64,000 nt of DNA from an uncultured Acidobacteriota bacterium (GCA_963843575.1 CAWJKZ010000010.1:64001-128000), one strand, 5' to 3'. Positions 38,207-48,246 are shown, counted from the stretch's first letter. Made by a program: numbers and translations. The notes: generated by a model not told the origin, from the letters alone.

Positions 38207-40637
38207 GACCGCGCCGCTCGCCCCGCTTCGTGAAGGCGGTGCGGTAGACATCCTCGTAGCGCCGGGCGAAGTGGACTTTGATCCCCTTGGTCAGGTACTC
38301 GGGGAGTTCTTCGAAATCCTTCCGGTTGGCCTCGGGAAGGATCAGGACCTTGAACCCCACGCGCCGGGCGGCAATGACCTTCTCCTTGACCCCGCCAATG
38401 GGCAGGACTTGGCCGGTCAGGGTTAACTCGCCCGTCATCGCCATGTGAGGTATGACCGGCTCGTGCGTGATCATGGACACGAGCGCGGTCGCCATGGTTA
38501 CGCCGGCGGAGGGACCGTCCTTCGGTGTCGCGCCCGCCGGCACGTGGATGTGGACGAAGTGGGTGTCGAAATAGTCCGGGTTCGCCCCGTACTTCGCCAG
38601 GTGCGCCATGACGTACGAGTAGGCTATCGCCGCGCTCTCGAGCATCACCTCGCCGAGCTGACCCGTCTGCTTGAACCCTTTGTCTTTGCTGGGGGTGGCG
38701 GTGGCCTCCACCTGCAGGGTGACGCCTCCCATGCTTGTCCAGGCGAGGCCGGTCACGATGCCCGGCCGGATGCCAAACAGCTCGTCTGGGGTAAACACCG
38801 GTTTGCCAAGGTACTTCTCGACATCCGCCTTGTCGACGACGATCCTGCCCGCGGATTGGCTGGCGATCTCCATCGCGCCCTTGCGCATGATCTTGCGGAT
38901 GAGGTTTTCCAGGCCGCGGACACCCGCCTCCCGCGCGTAGCTGTCGATCAGGTGCACGAGCGCCGCCTTGCGTATCGTCACCTGTCCCGCCTTCAGCCCG
39001 TGACTACCCGCCGCCTTCGGTATCAGGTAGCGGCGGGCGATTTCGACCTTCTCCGCGGTGACGTAGCCCGAAAGGCGGATGACCTCCATGCGGTCCAGCA
39101 AGGGCCGCGGGATCGTGTCGACCTGGTTTCCCGTGGCCACGAACAGGACGTTCGAGAGGTCGAAGGGAACGTCGAGGTAGTGGTCGCGAAAGCTCCTGTT
39201 CTGTTCCGCGTCGAGCACTTCGAGGAGCGCCGAGGCAGGGTCTCCATGGAAGGAGGCGCCGACCTTGTCGATCTCGTCGAGCATGATTACGGGGTTGCTG
39301 GTCCCCGCAGTCTTCATTGCCTGGATGAACTTGCCCGGCATGGCTCCGATGTAGGTGCGGCGGTGACCCTTTATCTCTGCCTCGTCCCGCATTCCTCCCA
39401 GCGAGAAACGGTAGAAGTGCCGCCCCAGCGCATCGGCGATGCTCTTGCCCACCGAGGTCTTGCCGACCCCGGGAGGTCCGACCAGGCAGAGAATGGACCC
39501 GGCGATGTCGCCCTTGAGCTTGCCCACCGCCACAAACTCGAGGATCCGGTCCTTGACGTCCTTGAGGCCGTAATGGTCGCGGTCCAGGATCTTCCTGGCA
39601 CCCTCGATATCGTAGCGATCCTGGCTGTATTTTCCCCAGGGCAGGACCGTCAGCCACTCCAGGTAGTTGCGCGCTACCGTGTACTCGGGCGAGTTGGGTT
39701 CCAGCACCTGGTATTTCTCGATCTCCTCCTCGACGGTCTTCCTGGCCTCCGGGTTCAGCGTCAGGGTCTTGAGCCGCTCCTGGTACTTCTCCAGCTCCGC
39801 GGTTTTCCCCTCCTTTTCCAGCCCCAGCTCCTTCTTGATCGCCTTGAGCTGCTCCTTCAGGAAGAACTCCCGCTGTTGGCCCGATATCTTCTCCTGGATC
39901 TGGTGGGTGATCTCGGCCTGCAGCCTGGAGATCTCGACCTCCTTGCTGAGCAACAGGAGGACGCGGTCGATCCGGTGGCGCACGTCAAACGTCTCCAGCA
40001 CCTGCTGCAGCTCTTCACCGCTTGCCGTCGTGAGGTTGGCGGCGAAATCGGCCAGCCGCCCCGGGTCGTCGAGCGTAGAGCGGCTGAGGAAGAGCTTGAT
40101 GGCTTCGGACTGCAGGGGGTTCAGCTTGACCAGGTCCTTGAGTGCTGCAATAACGGCCATCGAGTAGGCCCGCAGCTCGGGGTTGACCGAGAGTTCCGTG
40201 GCGTAGTGATACCGCACCCCGGCGAGCATCGGCCCCTCGGTCTTCGTCACTTCTTCGAGCGTGAACCGTTCCATGCACTGCACGAGTACGTGAGCGGTCT
40301 CGTCCTCGTGGAACGCCCGGAGTATTTTGGCGGCCACTCCGACTTGGTGGAGGTTATCGGGCTCAACCGGCTTGTCCGCGTGGCGCAACAGAACGAGGCC
40401 CAGGGTCTTCGTGGTGAACTCTATCGCGTGCTGGATAGCAGAGAGGTGTTCACCCTCGACCTGCATCGGGATGGGAAGCCCGGGGAAAAAAGGCCGCTGC
40501 CTCAACGGCAGTATCGGGATCCGCTCGGGCAGTATCTCGGAGGCGAGGACAAGCCCCGGACCCTGCGTGGCTTCGGCTGCGGCGGCGGCCGCCCCTCTGT
40601 TCTCGTCCGCGGGAGCGTGCTCTTCCCGATCGTCCAT
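38163..40637 (-). CDS. lon: ATP-dependent Lon protease (endopeptidase La)
   Basis: GPPGVGKTS, GHRRTYIGAMPG, LDEIDK, PKDGPSAG, IGGVKEK. Confidence 0.97.
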   Translation of the reverse strand: MDDREEHAPADENRGAAAAAAEATQGPGLVLASEILPERIPILPLRQRPFFPGLPIPMQVEGEHLSAIQHAIEFTTKTLGLVLLRHADKPVEPDNLHQVGVAAKILRAFHEDETAHVLVQCMERFTLEEVTKTEGPMLAGVRYHYATELSVNPELRAYSMAVIAALKDLVKLNPLQSEAIKLFLSRSTLDDPGRLADFAANLTTASGEELQQVLETFDVRHRIDRVLLLLSKEVEISRLQAEITHQIQEKISGQQREFFLKEQLKAIKKELGLEKEGKTAELEKYQERLKTLTLNPEARKTVEEEIEKYQVLEPNSPEYTVARNYLEWLTVLPWGKYSQDRYDIEGARKILDRDHYGLKDVKDRILEFVAVGKLKGDIAGSILCLVGPPGVGKTSVGKSIADALGRHFYRFSLGGMRDEAEIKGHRRTYIGAMPGKFIQAMKTAGTSNPVIMLDEIDKVGASFHGDPASALLEVLDAEQNRSFRDHYLDVPFDLSNVLFVATGNQVDTIPRPLLDRMEVIRLSGYVTAEKVEIARRYLIPKAAGSHGLKAGQVTIRKAALVHLIDSYAREAGVRGLENLIRKIMRKGAMEIASQSAGRIVVDKADVEKYLGKPVFTPDELFGIRPGIVTGLAWTSMGGVTLQVEATATPSKDKGFKQTGQLGEVMLESAAIAYSYVMAHLAKYGANPDYFDTHFVHIHVPAGATPKDGPSAGVTMATALVSMITHEPVIPHMAMTGELTLTGQVLPIGGVKEKVIAARRVGFKVLILPEANRKDFEELPEYLTKGIKVHFARRYEDVYRTAFTKRGERRGLNARDAARSRRSER

Positions 40638-40773
40638 GGTTGTCTCCCTTTGTGGCTCTGTGCCGCTCCAAATTTAATATCGGAAGCTCAGGAAGGCAAG
40701 AGAGGCTGCGTTGACGAGACGCGATGCCGGCCACCCGACTCGAGGCCCGTTTGATTGCCGGAGTGGAGTGGGG

Positions 40774-40782
40774 TGTTACAAT
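40774..40782 (+). promoter_or_regulatory. extended -10 element, possibly leaderless mRNA
   Basis: TGtTACAAT lies 7 nt before ATG 40790. Confidence 0.5.
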
Positions 40783-40789
40783 AAAGGGA

Positions 40790-41737
40790 ATGCGGCTTGC
40801 CAGCGCCTTGCTCATTGCTGCCCTGCTCGCCTTTCCGGGAGCGACACTTCCGGCTCCCGGCCCAAAATCGTCCGAAGTCCAGAAGCCTCCTGTGATCACC
40901 CTCCCGGGCCTTCCCGGGTCCACGCGCCTCGCCGTGATCGGCGACGGGGGGACCGGCGGAGCACCGCAGTACCAGGTGGCGGCGACGATGGCCGCCGCCC
41001 ACTCCGTGTTCCCGTTTAGCTTCGTTCTGATGGTGGGCGACAACCTTTACGGAGGCCATGGCCCCGCCGACTACCGTGAGAAGTTCGAAGAACCCTACCG
41101 CGCCCTGCTCGACCGTGGCGTCCGGTTCTACGCCACGCTGGGCAATCACGATGATCCGAGCCAGCGGTTCTACAGGCAGTTCAACATGGGAGGGGAACGC
41201 TACTACTCATTCAAAGAGGGGACGGCCAGATTCTTCGCCCTGGACAGTACCTACATGAGCCGCGACCACATCGCATGGCTCGAGAAGCAGTTGAGGGAGA
41301 GTTCAGAACGCTGGAAAATCTGCTTCTTCCACCATCCCATTTATTCGTCGGGAAAGCGCCACGGATCGGATCTGAGCCTCCGGAAGGTGCTCGAGCCGCT
41401 GTTCATGCGGTACGGCGTCAACGCGGTATTCTCAGGACACGATCACTTCTACGAACGCATCGTGCCGCAGAACGGCATCGCGTACTTCGTGTCGGGTGCG
41501 GCGGGCCAACTGCGGAAAAACAACATCCGGCCCGGTGGCATCACCGCGCAAGGGTATGCAAGCGACCGGCAATTCATCCTGTTGGAGATCTCCGGCGACA
41601 CCCTCTATTTCCAGGCATTGTCGCGCACGGGGGCAACGGTGGACTCGGGGACCATCCCGCGGGTGGTCGAACCCACGGCAGGCACCCTGCAGGGCCCGAC
41701 GGCCGGCGTTCCCCTGCATCAAACCCCTCTCCGGTGA
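40790..41737 (+). CDS. secreted calcineurin-like metallophosphoesterase (purple acid phosphatase-like)
   Basis: IGDGG, GDNLY, GNHD, HHPIY, SGHDH; signal peptide. Confidence 0.92.
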   Translation: MRLASALLIAALLAFPGATLPAPGPKSSEVQKPPVITLPGLPGSTRLAVIGDGGTGGAPQYQVAATMAAAHSVFPFSFVLMVGDNLYGGHGPADYREKFEEPYRALLDRGVRFYATLGNHDDPSQRFYRQFNMGGERYYSFKEGTARFFALDSTYMSRDHIAWLEKQLRESSERWKICFFHHPIYSSGKRHGSDLSLRKVLEPLFMRYGVNAVFSGHDHFYERIVPQNGIAYFVSGAAGQLRKNNIRPGGITAQGYASDRQFILLEISGDTLYFQALSRTGATVDSGTIPRVVEPTAGTLQGPTAGVPLHQTPLR

Positions 41738-41753
41738 GAGCGGCGAAGGGAGA

Positions 41754-43112
41754 TCATTTTTTCAGGGCGATTTTGTCGCCATCGTTCAGCCCGTCGAGGC
41801 CGCGGACGACCAATTGCTCCCCTCCCGAGAGGCCCGACGAAATCTCCACCTGGCCCCAGAGCTCCTTGCCGGTCGTCACCGGCCTCCGGATGGCACGCCC
41901 CTCCTGCAGAAGGAACACGGCGGGGCCCGAAACCAAGGCAGACTTCGGGACAAGGATCCTCGCGGGTTGAGCGCCGGCCGATGGCCTGTTTTCCTCGAGG
42001 AAATTGACCTTCGCGTTGGTTTCCGGCCGGAGAAACTCGTCGGGAGCCGAGATCGCCACCTTCACCTGTATGGTCGCCTTCTGGCGGTTTGCCTCGGGGG
42101 CGATCTCCCTTACCCTGGCCTTGTACTTGCGGTCAGGGTAGCTGTCCGGGGAAACCAGACATGGCTGGCCAATGTGGACGCGCGGGATGTCCGCTTCGTT
42201 GATGTCGAGTTCCACCTCCAGTTCCTTCAGGTTGGCGATGCTGACCAGGGCTGACTTGGCGCCTCGTCCGCTGACATACCCGGTCGTCACCATCTCGCCC
42301 CTTTCTATGAGTCGCTCCAGGACCGTGCCGTCCACGGGCGCCCGGATGATCGTGTTTTCCAACTGGGCCTCCCACCAGCGGATGGCGGCCGCAGCTTCGG
42401 AGAGCTGTGCCCCGGCCAGCTCTATTTGCTCGCGGCGCGGCCCGAGCCGGGCCAGTTCGAAGTTTTCGCGGGCCACCTTGAGCTGGGCGACGGCGACCTC
42501 GTGGGCGTTCTGCGCGTCGTCGAGCACCTGCTTGGCGACGACTCCGCTCGAGTTGAGCTGGCGCGCGCGCTGGAGGTTGAGTTCGGCTGTCCTGACGTTG
42601 GCCGCTGCCTGCTCGACCGTGGCCTGGGCGCGCTGGATCTCCTGCGGGCGCGATCCCGCCGTCGCTTCGTTGAGCCGGGCCTGGGCAGCCGCGTGGCTGG
42701 CGCGCGCCTGGCCCAGCTGGGCCGTGATTTCGCGGTCGTCGAGCCGGGCGAGCACCTGCCCGCGCTTGACCGTGAAGCCCTTGTCGACGAGCAGTTCGGT
42801 CACCAGCCCGCTGAGCTTCGACGAGACTTCGACGCGGGTGCGCGGGATGACGTAGCCGCTCGCGGTCAGGAGGACGTCGTCGGCAGAAGGCGACTGCCGC
42901 ACGATGACGGCGACCTCGACTGCGCGCATCTTTGGAACGAGGGTGGCGAGGCTCACCGTCCCCGGGAAGAACACCACCGCCGCGGCGATCAGGAGCGCGA
43001 TCAGGGTGAAGCCGACGAGCAACACCACGGTTCGGCTGACTCCTCGGGCGCCCAGCTTCCTCTCGCGGTCGATCTTCAGAGACTGCAGGTCCTGGCTTAG
43101 TTTGTCAGGCAT
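41754..43112 (-). CDS. efflux periplasmic adaptor subunit (HlyD/MacA-like)
   Basis: N-terminal TM, VSSKLSG, VKRGQVLARLD, long coiled coil, IRAPVDG, EISSGL. Confidence 0.92.
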   Translation of the reverse strand: MPDKLSQDLQSLKIDRERKLGARGVSRTVVLLVGFTLIALLIAAAVVFFPGTVSLATLVPKMRAVEVAVIVRQSPSADDVLLTASGYVIPRTRVEVSSKLSGLVTELLVDKGFTVKRGQVLARLDDREITAQLGQARASHAAAQARLNEATAGSRPQEIQRAQATVEQAAANVRTAELNLQRARQLNSSGVVAKQVLDDAQNAHEVAVAQLKVARENFELARLGPRREQIELAGAQLSEAAAAIRWWEAQLENTIIRAPVDGTVLERLIERGEMVTTGYVSGRGAKSALVSIANLKELEVELDINEADIPRVHIGQPCLVSPDSYPDRKYKARVREIAPEANRQKATIQVKVAISAPDEFLRPETNAKVNFLEENRPSAGAQPARILVPKSALVSGPAVFLLQEGRAIRRPVTTGKELWGQVEISSGLSGGEQLVVRGLDGLNDGDKIALKK

Positions 43113-43310
43113 GGCGCAACTCTCATCCTGTCGATTTCCTGATATAAATCCGCTCCGGGCGAAACATTCAGGGTAAAGAGCGCCCGGCGGCGCGACCGCA
43201 GCATCTACCCTCGTCTCAACAACACCGCCGCCGGGCCTGCCCGTTGTGTGTGTATCGGCTTACAGGCTCCACAGTACTACCGACCGGCTCGCAGGCAAAC
43301 CCGTTTCCGG

Positions 43311-43356
43311 TGAATGGCGCAAAGCTCCGGGCGAATGGCGCCCGATGCACTATAAT
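43311..43356 (+). promoter_or_regulatory. TATAAT -10 box with upstream direct repeat; possibly leaderless
   Basis: GAATGGCGC at 43312 and 43333 (21-nt period). TATAAT at 43351-43356, ATG at 43365, no SD. Confidence 0.5.
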
Positions 43357-43364
43357 GGGCTGCG

Positions 43365-43661
43365 ATGCGCATCTTTTTCGAGCGCACCGGCGGTTTCGCG
43401 GGGCGGAAACTGCAGGCGCGCGTGGACACCTCGGCGCTGCCGGAGGCCGAAGCGGGCCGTTTGCATCGCCTCGTGACGGACTCGCGGTTTTTTGACCTGC
43501 CCGCGCGCCTCGAAGCGTCCGGGCCGCAAGCGGACCGGTTTCGCTACGTGGTAACCGTGCAGGCCGAGTCCCGCTCCCACACGGTCCAGGCCTCCGAGGC
43601 GGCCGTACCTGCCCGCATGCGACCCCTCCTCGACTGGCTCACCCGCCAGGGTCGTCCCTAG
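43365..43661 (+). CDS. emfourin-like inhibitor of protealysin (M4) proteases
   Basis: MRIFFERTGGFAG, FFDLP, ADRFRYVVTV, VPARMRPLLDWL. Confidence 0.88.
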   Translation: MRIFFERTGGFAGRKLQARVDTSALPEAEAGRLHRLVTDSRFFDLPARLEASGPQADRFRYVVTVQAESRSHTVQASEAAVPARMRPLLDWLTRQGRP

Positions 43662-43667
43662 ACCGTT

Positions 43668-43730
43668 CCACGGGATTCAAATGTAGGTCTTTTCCGTGTT
43701 CTTCCGTGTCTTCCGTGGCGAGCCTTTTGC
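43668..43730 (-). repeat. CCACGGAAGA-type intergenic repeat, copy 2
   Basis: Minus strand reads GCAAAAGGCTCGCCACGGAAGACACGGAAGAACACGGAAAAGACCTACATTTGAATCCCGTGG, with tandem CACGGAA units. Confidence 0.7.
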
Positions 43731-43803
43731 GGGGCCTCCGCCCGGCTGCAGCAGAAGAAATAAGCGGGGCCCGAGCGAAACTACCGCCGCAGGAGGAGTG
43801 GCT

Positions 43804-44349
43804 ATGCGGTGGAGATGGGGGTTGCTCCTGGGCACTGTGGCGCTGGCGTGCCTGTTCCTGGTGGCGTCGCAGGTGGTGGCGTTCCGGCATCGGGGCCTGC
43901 GGCCGGGAGAGATGCTTCCGAGCGCCACCCTGTGTGCGACATCCGGCGCGACGGTGAAAACAGAAAGCTGGCGCGGCAGCCCCACCCTGCTCGTGCTTTT
44001 CCGGCCGACGTGCCCGGCGTGCAGGGCTGAGATTGCCCTGCTGTCGGAGGTCGCACCCGAATTGGAGGGGCTGCGGATCGTGCTGCTGTCGGTCCAGTCC
44101 AGGGTGCAGGAAGACGACTTGCCGTTTCCCGTTTACACGGACCCTGACGGGAGCCTCCTGCGCAGGACGCGGAAGCTGCTGGTACCGGTGGTGTACGGCA
44201 TGGACCCCGAGGGGCGCGTCGTCTATGCCCGAGTGGGAAGCGGGAGCCGCGAGGAGGAACGGGCGATGCTTCGGCACCTGCTTTCCCGCCCTGGTTCATT
44301 GTTCAAAACCCTGCCGGAAGCGGGCGCCACGACGCGGCAGCCCGGGTAA
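43804..44349 (+). CDS. membrane-anchored TlpA/redoxin-like thioredoxin-fold protein
   Basis: AGGAGG RBS, N-terminal TM, FRPTCPACRAE, YTDPDG, VPVVYGMDPEGRV. Confidence 0.8.
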   Translation: MRWRWGLLLGTVALACLFLVASQVVAFRHRGLRPGEMLPSATLCATSGATVKTESWRGSPTLLVLFRPTCPACRAEIALLSEVAPELEGLRIVLLSVQSRVQEDDLPFPVYTDPDGSLLRRTRKLLVPVVYGMDPEGRVVYARVGSGSREEERAMLRHLLSRPGSLFKTLPEAGATTRQPG

Positions 44350-44404
44350 CGCTTTTTTGTGCTAGAGTCTCCACGGATTCCAAATCCGAATGGAGTGGGT
44401 CTCG

Positions 44405-45427
44405 ATGACGCCTCGCGGCATTATCCCGCCGTACATCCTCCGTGCGATCGCCCAAAACGGAAGCTCGCGCCAGCAGGCGTGGGCCTGGTCCACCTTGACC
44501 GACACCGAGCAGTTCCGCGGACAGCGCAGGGTGCTCGCCCCGGTGTCCATCCTGGCGGTGCCCGGCACCGGGAAGAAGCGGCGCACCGTGTACGACGCCC
44601 GCCACAAGTACGAATTGCCCGGCCGGCTGGTACGCACCGAGGGAGAGTCGAAATCCAGGGATCCGGCGGTCAACGAAGCCTACGACGGGTGCGGAGCGAC
44701 CTACGATCTCCTCGCCCGCGTCTTCTCGCGCAACTCCCTCGACGACCGCGGGCTGCGGCTCGTCTCGTCCGTGCACTACGGCCACGCGTACGACAACGCC
44801 TTCTGGGACGGCCGCCAGATCGTTTTCGGGGACGGCGATGGGGAAGTGTTTGCCCGCTTCACCCGTGCCCTCGACGTGATCGGGCACGAACTGACTCACG
44901 GCATGGTCGAGTTCGTGGCCGGGCTGAAATACCAGGGACAACCCGGCGCCCTGAGCGAGTCGTTCGCCGATGTCTTCGGATCCCTCGTCAAGCAGTATAA
45001 GAAGAAGCAGTCGGCTGCCGAAGCTGACTGGCTCATCGGCGGGGACTTGTTCATGCCGGGCATAAACGGGAGGGGGATACGGTCGATGTCCGCGCCGGGG
45101 AGCGCCTACGACGATCCCCTGCTCGGGAGGGACCCTCAACCCGGGCACATGCGAGATTACATCCGCACCACCGACGACAACGGGGGTGTCCACCTGAACT
45201 CGGGTATCCCGAACCGGGCGTTCTACGGGGCGGCCGCACGGCTCGGCGGCTGCTCCTGGGAAAGGGCGGGCCGCGTCTGGTACACCACGCTCGTCAACCG
45301 GGTGAAACAGGGAACGACGTTCCGCGACGCCATGAACTTCACCGTGCAGACTGCAGGGGAACTGTACGGGACCGGGAGTGCCGAACACAAGGCTGTACGT
45401 GAGGCTTGGGCCGAAGTCGGGCTGTAG
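44405..45427 (+). CDS. protealysin-like M4 metalloprotease (start 44390 or 44405)
   Basis: Propeptide motif IIPPYIL, YDNAFW, HELTH, GALSESFADVFG, DNGGVHLNSGIPN. No signal peptide. Confidence 0.95.
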   Translation: MTPRGIIPPYILRAIAQNGSSRQQAWAWSTLTDTEQFRGQRRVLAPVSILAVPGTGKKRRTVYDARHKYELPGRLVRTEGESKSRDPAVNEAYDGCGATYDLLARVFSRNSLDDRGLRLVSSVHYGHAYDNAFWDGRQIVFGDGDGEVFARFTRALDVIGHELTHGMVEFVAGLKYQGQPGALSESFADVFGSLVKQYKKKQSAAEADWLIGGDLFMPGINGRGIRSMSAPGSAYDDPLLGRDPQPGHMRDYIRTTDDNGGVHLNSGIPNRAFYGAAARLGGCSWERAGRVWYTTLVNRVKQGTTFRDAMNFTVQTAGELYGTGSAEHKAVREAWAEVGL

Positions 45428-45508
45428 CTGCCCAAGTGCCGGGCTGAGGAGGCTTTCCGACAGTCGACGGTTTCCGTAAAGACACGTGCGTCCGGGCTCC
45501 ACCCGGAC

Positions 45509-45536
45509 TGGGGCCGCGTCGAGCCGACGCGGCCCA
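45509..45536. terminator. GC hairpin between convergent genes, REP-related
   Basis: GGGCCGCGTCG-AGC-CGACGCGGCCC, preceded by a TCCGGG/CCCGGA hairpin. Confidence 0.5.
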
Positions 45537-45550
45537 CTTCGGCGCGAACA

Positions 45551-46546
45551 TCACACGGCGGGTGTGATGACGCGGCAGCCGATGGCCGCAAGCGATTCCG
45601 TGAGCCGGTCCAGCATGGCATGGTCTTCGTAGATGCCGAGGATCGATCCACCGGATCCGGCGTAGTGCGCGGAAGCCCCGGCAGCGCGCGCCCGCATCAC
45701 CATATCCACGTTGCGGGGATCCAGCTTGTAGATGGACGCGCGTGTGTCGAAGTTCTCGTCGATCAAGGCCCCCAGTCGCACGTGATCCCCGCGCAGGAGG
45801 CATTCCCGGCCTTCCAGGGCGAGATCCGCCACATGCTGCATCGCCTCGACCACCGCCTTCTCTCCCGACTCCCAGCGGGCCCGGATGTTGCTGTGGAATA
45901 TGCCGGAGATCTCGCTCAGGTCGGTCCGGTAGGCGACGTAGAGAGGCGGCAGAAGGGCAGGGTCGAGCGACTCGTAGCAGCCATGACCGTGCCGCTCCAT
46001 GAGCTCCCGGTTGAAATCCATGTAGGTGAGGCCGCCGTAGACCTGCGCCACCCGGTCCTGAAGACCGGCGGCGATGCCGATCTCCCGGGTTTCGACCGAG
46101 AGGATCAGGCCGGGGAGGATCGGCTTCGGAATGGAGACTTCGTAAAATAACATCAAGGCGCGAAAAACCGCCGTGATAATGGCGCTCGATCCCGCGAGGC
46201 CAACCTGGCGTGGGATGTCGGTCTCGTACCGGAGTGCGAAATTGCGGTCGTGGAGCTTGATGCCCTTTTCGGTGCAATAGTCGGCAAACCGCTTGATCGC
46301 GGCCTTGATCAGGCGGAGCCCCCCGTAATAGCCGTTCAGTTGCACATCCTGGACGAGTTCACCCAACCGGTCGAAGCAGCAGCGATCCTGCCGACTCAGG
46401 ATGATCTCCAGCTCGGGCCATTCATACAGCACGACCCGCGCGCTGAAGTTCTTCACGATGACGGAGATCGTCCGCCCGAAATACGCGTCCGACGGATTGC
46501 CCAGCATTCCGGCGCGGGCGTGCGCAACGGTTCGGATCACCCTCAT
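45551..46546 (-). CDS. GHMP kinase, glucuronokinase-like
   Basis: [58 protein letters not shown]. Confidence 0.88.
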   Translation of the reverse strand: MRVIRTVAHARAGMLGNPSDAYFGRTISVIVKNFSARVVLYEWPELEIILSRQDRCCFDRLGELVQDVQLNGYYGGLRLIKAAIKRFADYCTEKGIKLHDRNFALRYETDIPRQVGLAGSSAIITAVFRALMLFYEVSIPKPILPGLILSVETREIGIAAGLQDRVAQVYGGLTYMDFNRELMERHGHGCYESLDPALLPPLYVAYRTDLSEISGIFHSNIRARWESGEKAVVEAMQHVADLALEGRECLLRGDHVRLGALIDENFDTRASIYKLDPRNVDMVMRARAAGASAHYAGSGGSILGIYEDHAMLDRLTESLAAIGCRVITPAV

Positions 46547-47412
46547 TTCGGCACCTGGACAAGGGAGGCCAGCTTCGGGTACTCGGCCAGCGCGAACTCG
46601 ATGAACGCCTGAAAGTAGCTCTCGAAATTCCCGATGTCGTACCGGCGTTCACCCGCAGGCAAATGCATGCCGACGATCTTCTTCCCCTCCGCGAGCAGTA
46701 TCCGGATAGCATCGGTGAGCTGGATCTCGCCGTTTTTTCCCGGCGGCGTCTTCTCGAGCGCGGGGTAGACCTCGGGCGAGAAGACGTACCGGGAGGCGAT
46801 CGCCAGGTTGCTCGGGGCAGACTCGACCGAGGGCTTTTCGACGAGGTCGGTAATCAGGAAGGCTCCCCCCCCGAGGTCCGCACCCTCTTTGACCACCCCG
46901 TAGGAGGCGACAGACTCGCGCGCCACCTGTTCCACCGCGATCACACACCCGGCGCGCTCCGTCTCGAACACGTCCATCATGCAGCGCACCACGGTGGAGT
47001 TGCCGTGCAGGCCAATGATGCTGTCCCCGAGGGCGACGACGAAGGGTGCGTCCTGGGTGTAGTGCCGGGCGCACAGAATCGCATCCCCGAGACCCTTTTG
47101 CCGCCGCTGGCGGGTAAAAAAGAACTGCACGCGCATCCGCTCGTAGTCGAGTTCGGAGAGCAGATCCTCCTTCCCGGTCTCGCGCAGGTAGCGCATCAGC
47201 TCGTGGTCGAAGTCAAAGTGGTTTTCGATCGAACTCTTCCCTTTTCCGGTTATAAACAGGATCTGCTTCAGCCCGTTCGCCTCGAGTTCTTCGACCACGT
47301 ACTGGACGACGGGCTTCTTGGCGACGGGGAGCATCTCTTTGGGCTGCGACTTGGTGGCGGGGAGCAGTCTCGTCCCCAATCCGGCAACCGGCACGACAGC
47401 AATAGGTATCAT
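46543..47412 (-). CDS. galU: UTP--glucose-1-phosphate uridylyltransferase-like
   Basis: [51 protein letters not shown] overlap with the kinase. Confidence 0.88.
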   Translation of the reverse strand: MIPIAVVPVAGLGTRLLPATKSQPKEMLPVAKKPVVQYVVEELEANGLKQILFITGKGKSSIENHFDFDHELMRYLRETGKEDLLSELDYERMRVQFFFTRQRRQKGLGDAILCARHYTQDAPFVVALGDSIIGLHGNSTVVRCMMDVFETERAGCVIAVEQVARESVASYGVVKEGADLGGGAFLITDLVEKPSVESAPSNLAIASRYVFSPEVYPALEKTPPGKNGEIQLTDAIRILLAEGKKIVGMHLPAGERRYDIGNFESYFQAFIEFALAEYPKLASLVQVPK

Positions 47413-47475
47413 GCGGCCACTATTTATCACGGAAGCCCGGTCAAGAGAAGTTTGGTCTTCCAGCCCCGTACAGCG

Positions 47476-48246
47476 CTAGCGGCGCAGCCAGACCCGAACC
47501 CGGTAGTTCAACAGTCCGACGTACTCGTGCAGCGCGGCGTAGGTGTCTCTGGCTGCCGACTCGGACGGGAACAGGGCCAGCGGGCTGAGCGGAATGGGGG
47601 CGACGACGAAATCGCCGGGGGCGGCGACCGGCTCCGGGGCGATCGCGGAGAAGATGAACATGCTGCGCGGCATGTGCAGCGCGGAGGTGACCAGCAGGTA
47701 ACGACGCCATCCGCGGCCGCGCAGGATCACGCGGACCTGCTCCGCGCTCTCGAAGGTGTCGCGGGAACGGGGTTCAGGGACGATGTCGGCGGGTGGCACG
47801 CCCCAGCGCGCCAGGGTGTCGCAGGCCGCCTGGTTTTCTCCCTGCGCCGGGGTGAAGGGGTCGACGTGGCCGCCGGAGACGACGATCGGTTTGCGGACCT
47901 GCCGGTACAGGCGGAGCGCTTCGTCCAGGCGCCGGAACATCGAGACGTCTATTTGAGGCCGAGGGACCAGCCCTCCGGGCGGGGTCACACCGCCGGTTAG
48001 GACCACGATTGCGTCGTAGGAACCGACGGAGCGACAGTCGCGGACGGGCGGGTAACGAGATTCCAGGTAGTAACCGATGCCCCGGGCCGCGATGCCCGAG
48101 TGAAGGGCCGCGATGAACACGATCGAAAACAGCAGCAGAAGGCGCGCCCACGAGCGTCGCCAGAACACGAAAACGGCGCATAGCGCCAGCAGCCACAACC
48201 CGGGCGGGAGCAGCAGCAGCTTGAGAAACTGTTTCACGACGAGCAT
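47476..48246 (-). CDS. YdcF/DUF218 (ElyC/SanA-like) envelope protein
   Basis: Two N-terminal TMs, AIVVLTGG, IVVSGG, SRDTFESA, LVTSALHMPRS, LHEYVG. Confidence 0.9.
   Translation of the reverse strand: MLVVKQFLKLLLLPPGLWLLALCAVFVFWRRSWARLLLLFSIVFIAALHSGIAARGIGYYLESRYPPVRDCRSVGSYDAIVVLTGGVTPPGGLVPRPQIDVSMFRRLDEALRLYRQVRKPIVVSGGHVDPFTPAQGENQAACDTLARWGVPPADIVPEPRSRDTFESAEQVRVILRGRGWRRYLLVTSALHMPRSMFIFSAIAPEPVAAPGDFVVAPIPLSPLALFPSESAARDTYAALHEYVGLLNYRVRVWLRR

Noticed and set aside
15747-44400. Shared 12-mer AATGGAGTGGGT upstream of the CorA-like and M4 protease genes
   Set aside because: Only two copies, non-palindromic and at different distances from the starts; chance or REP-end remnants are sufficient.
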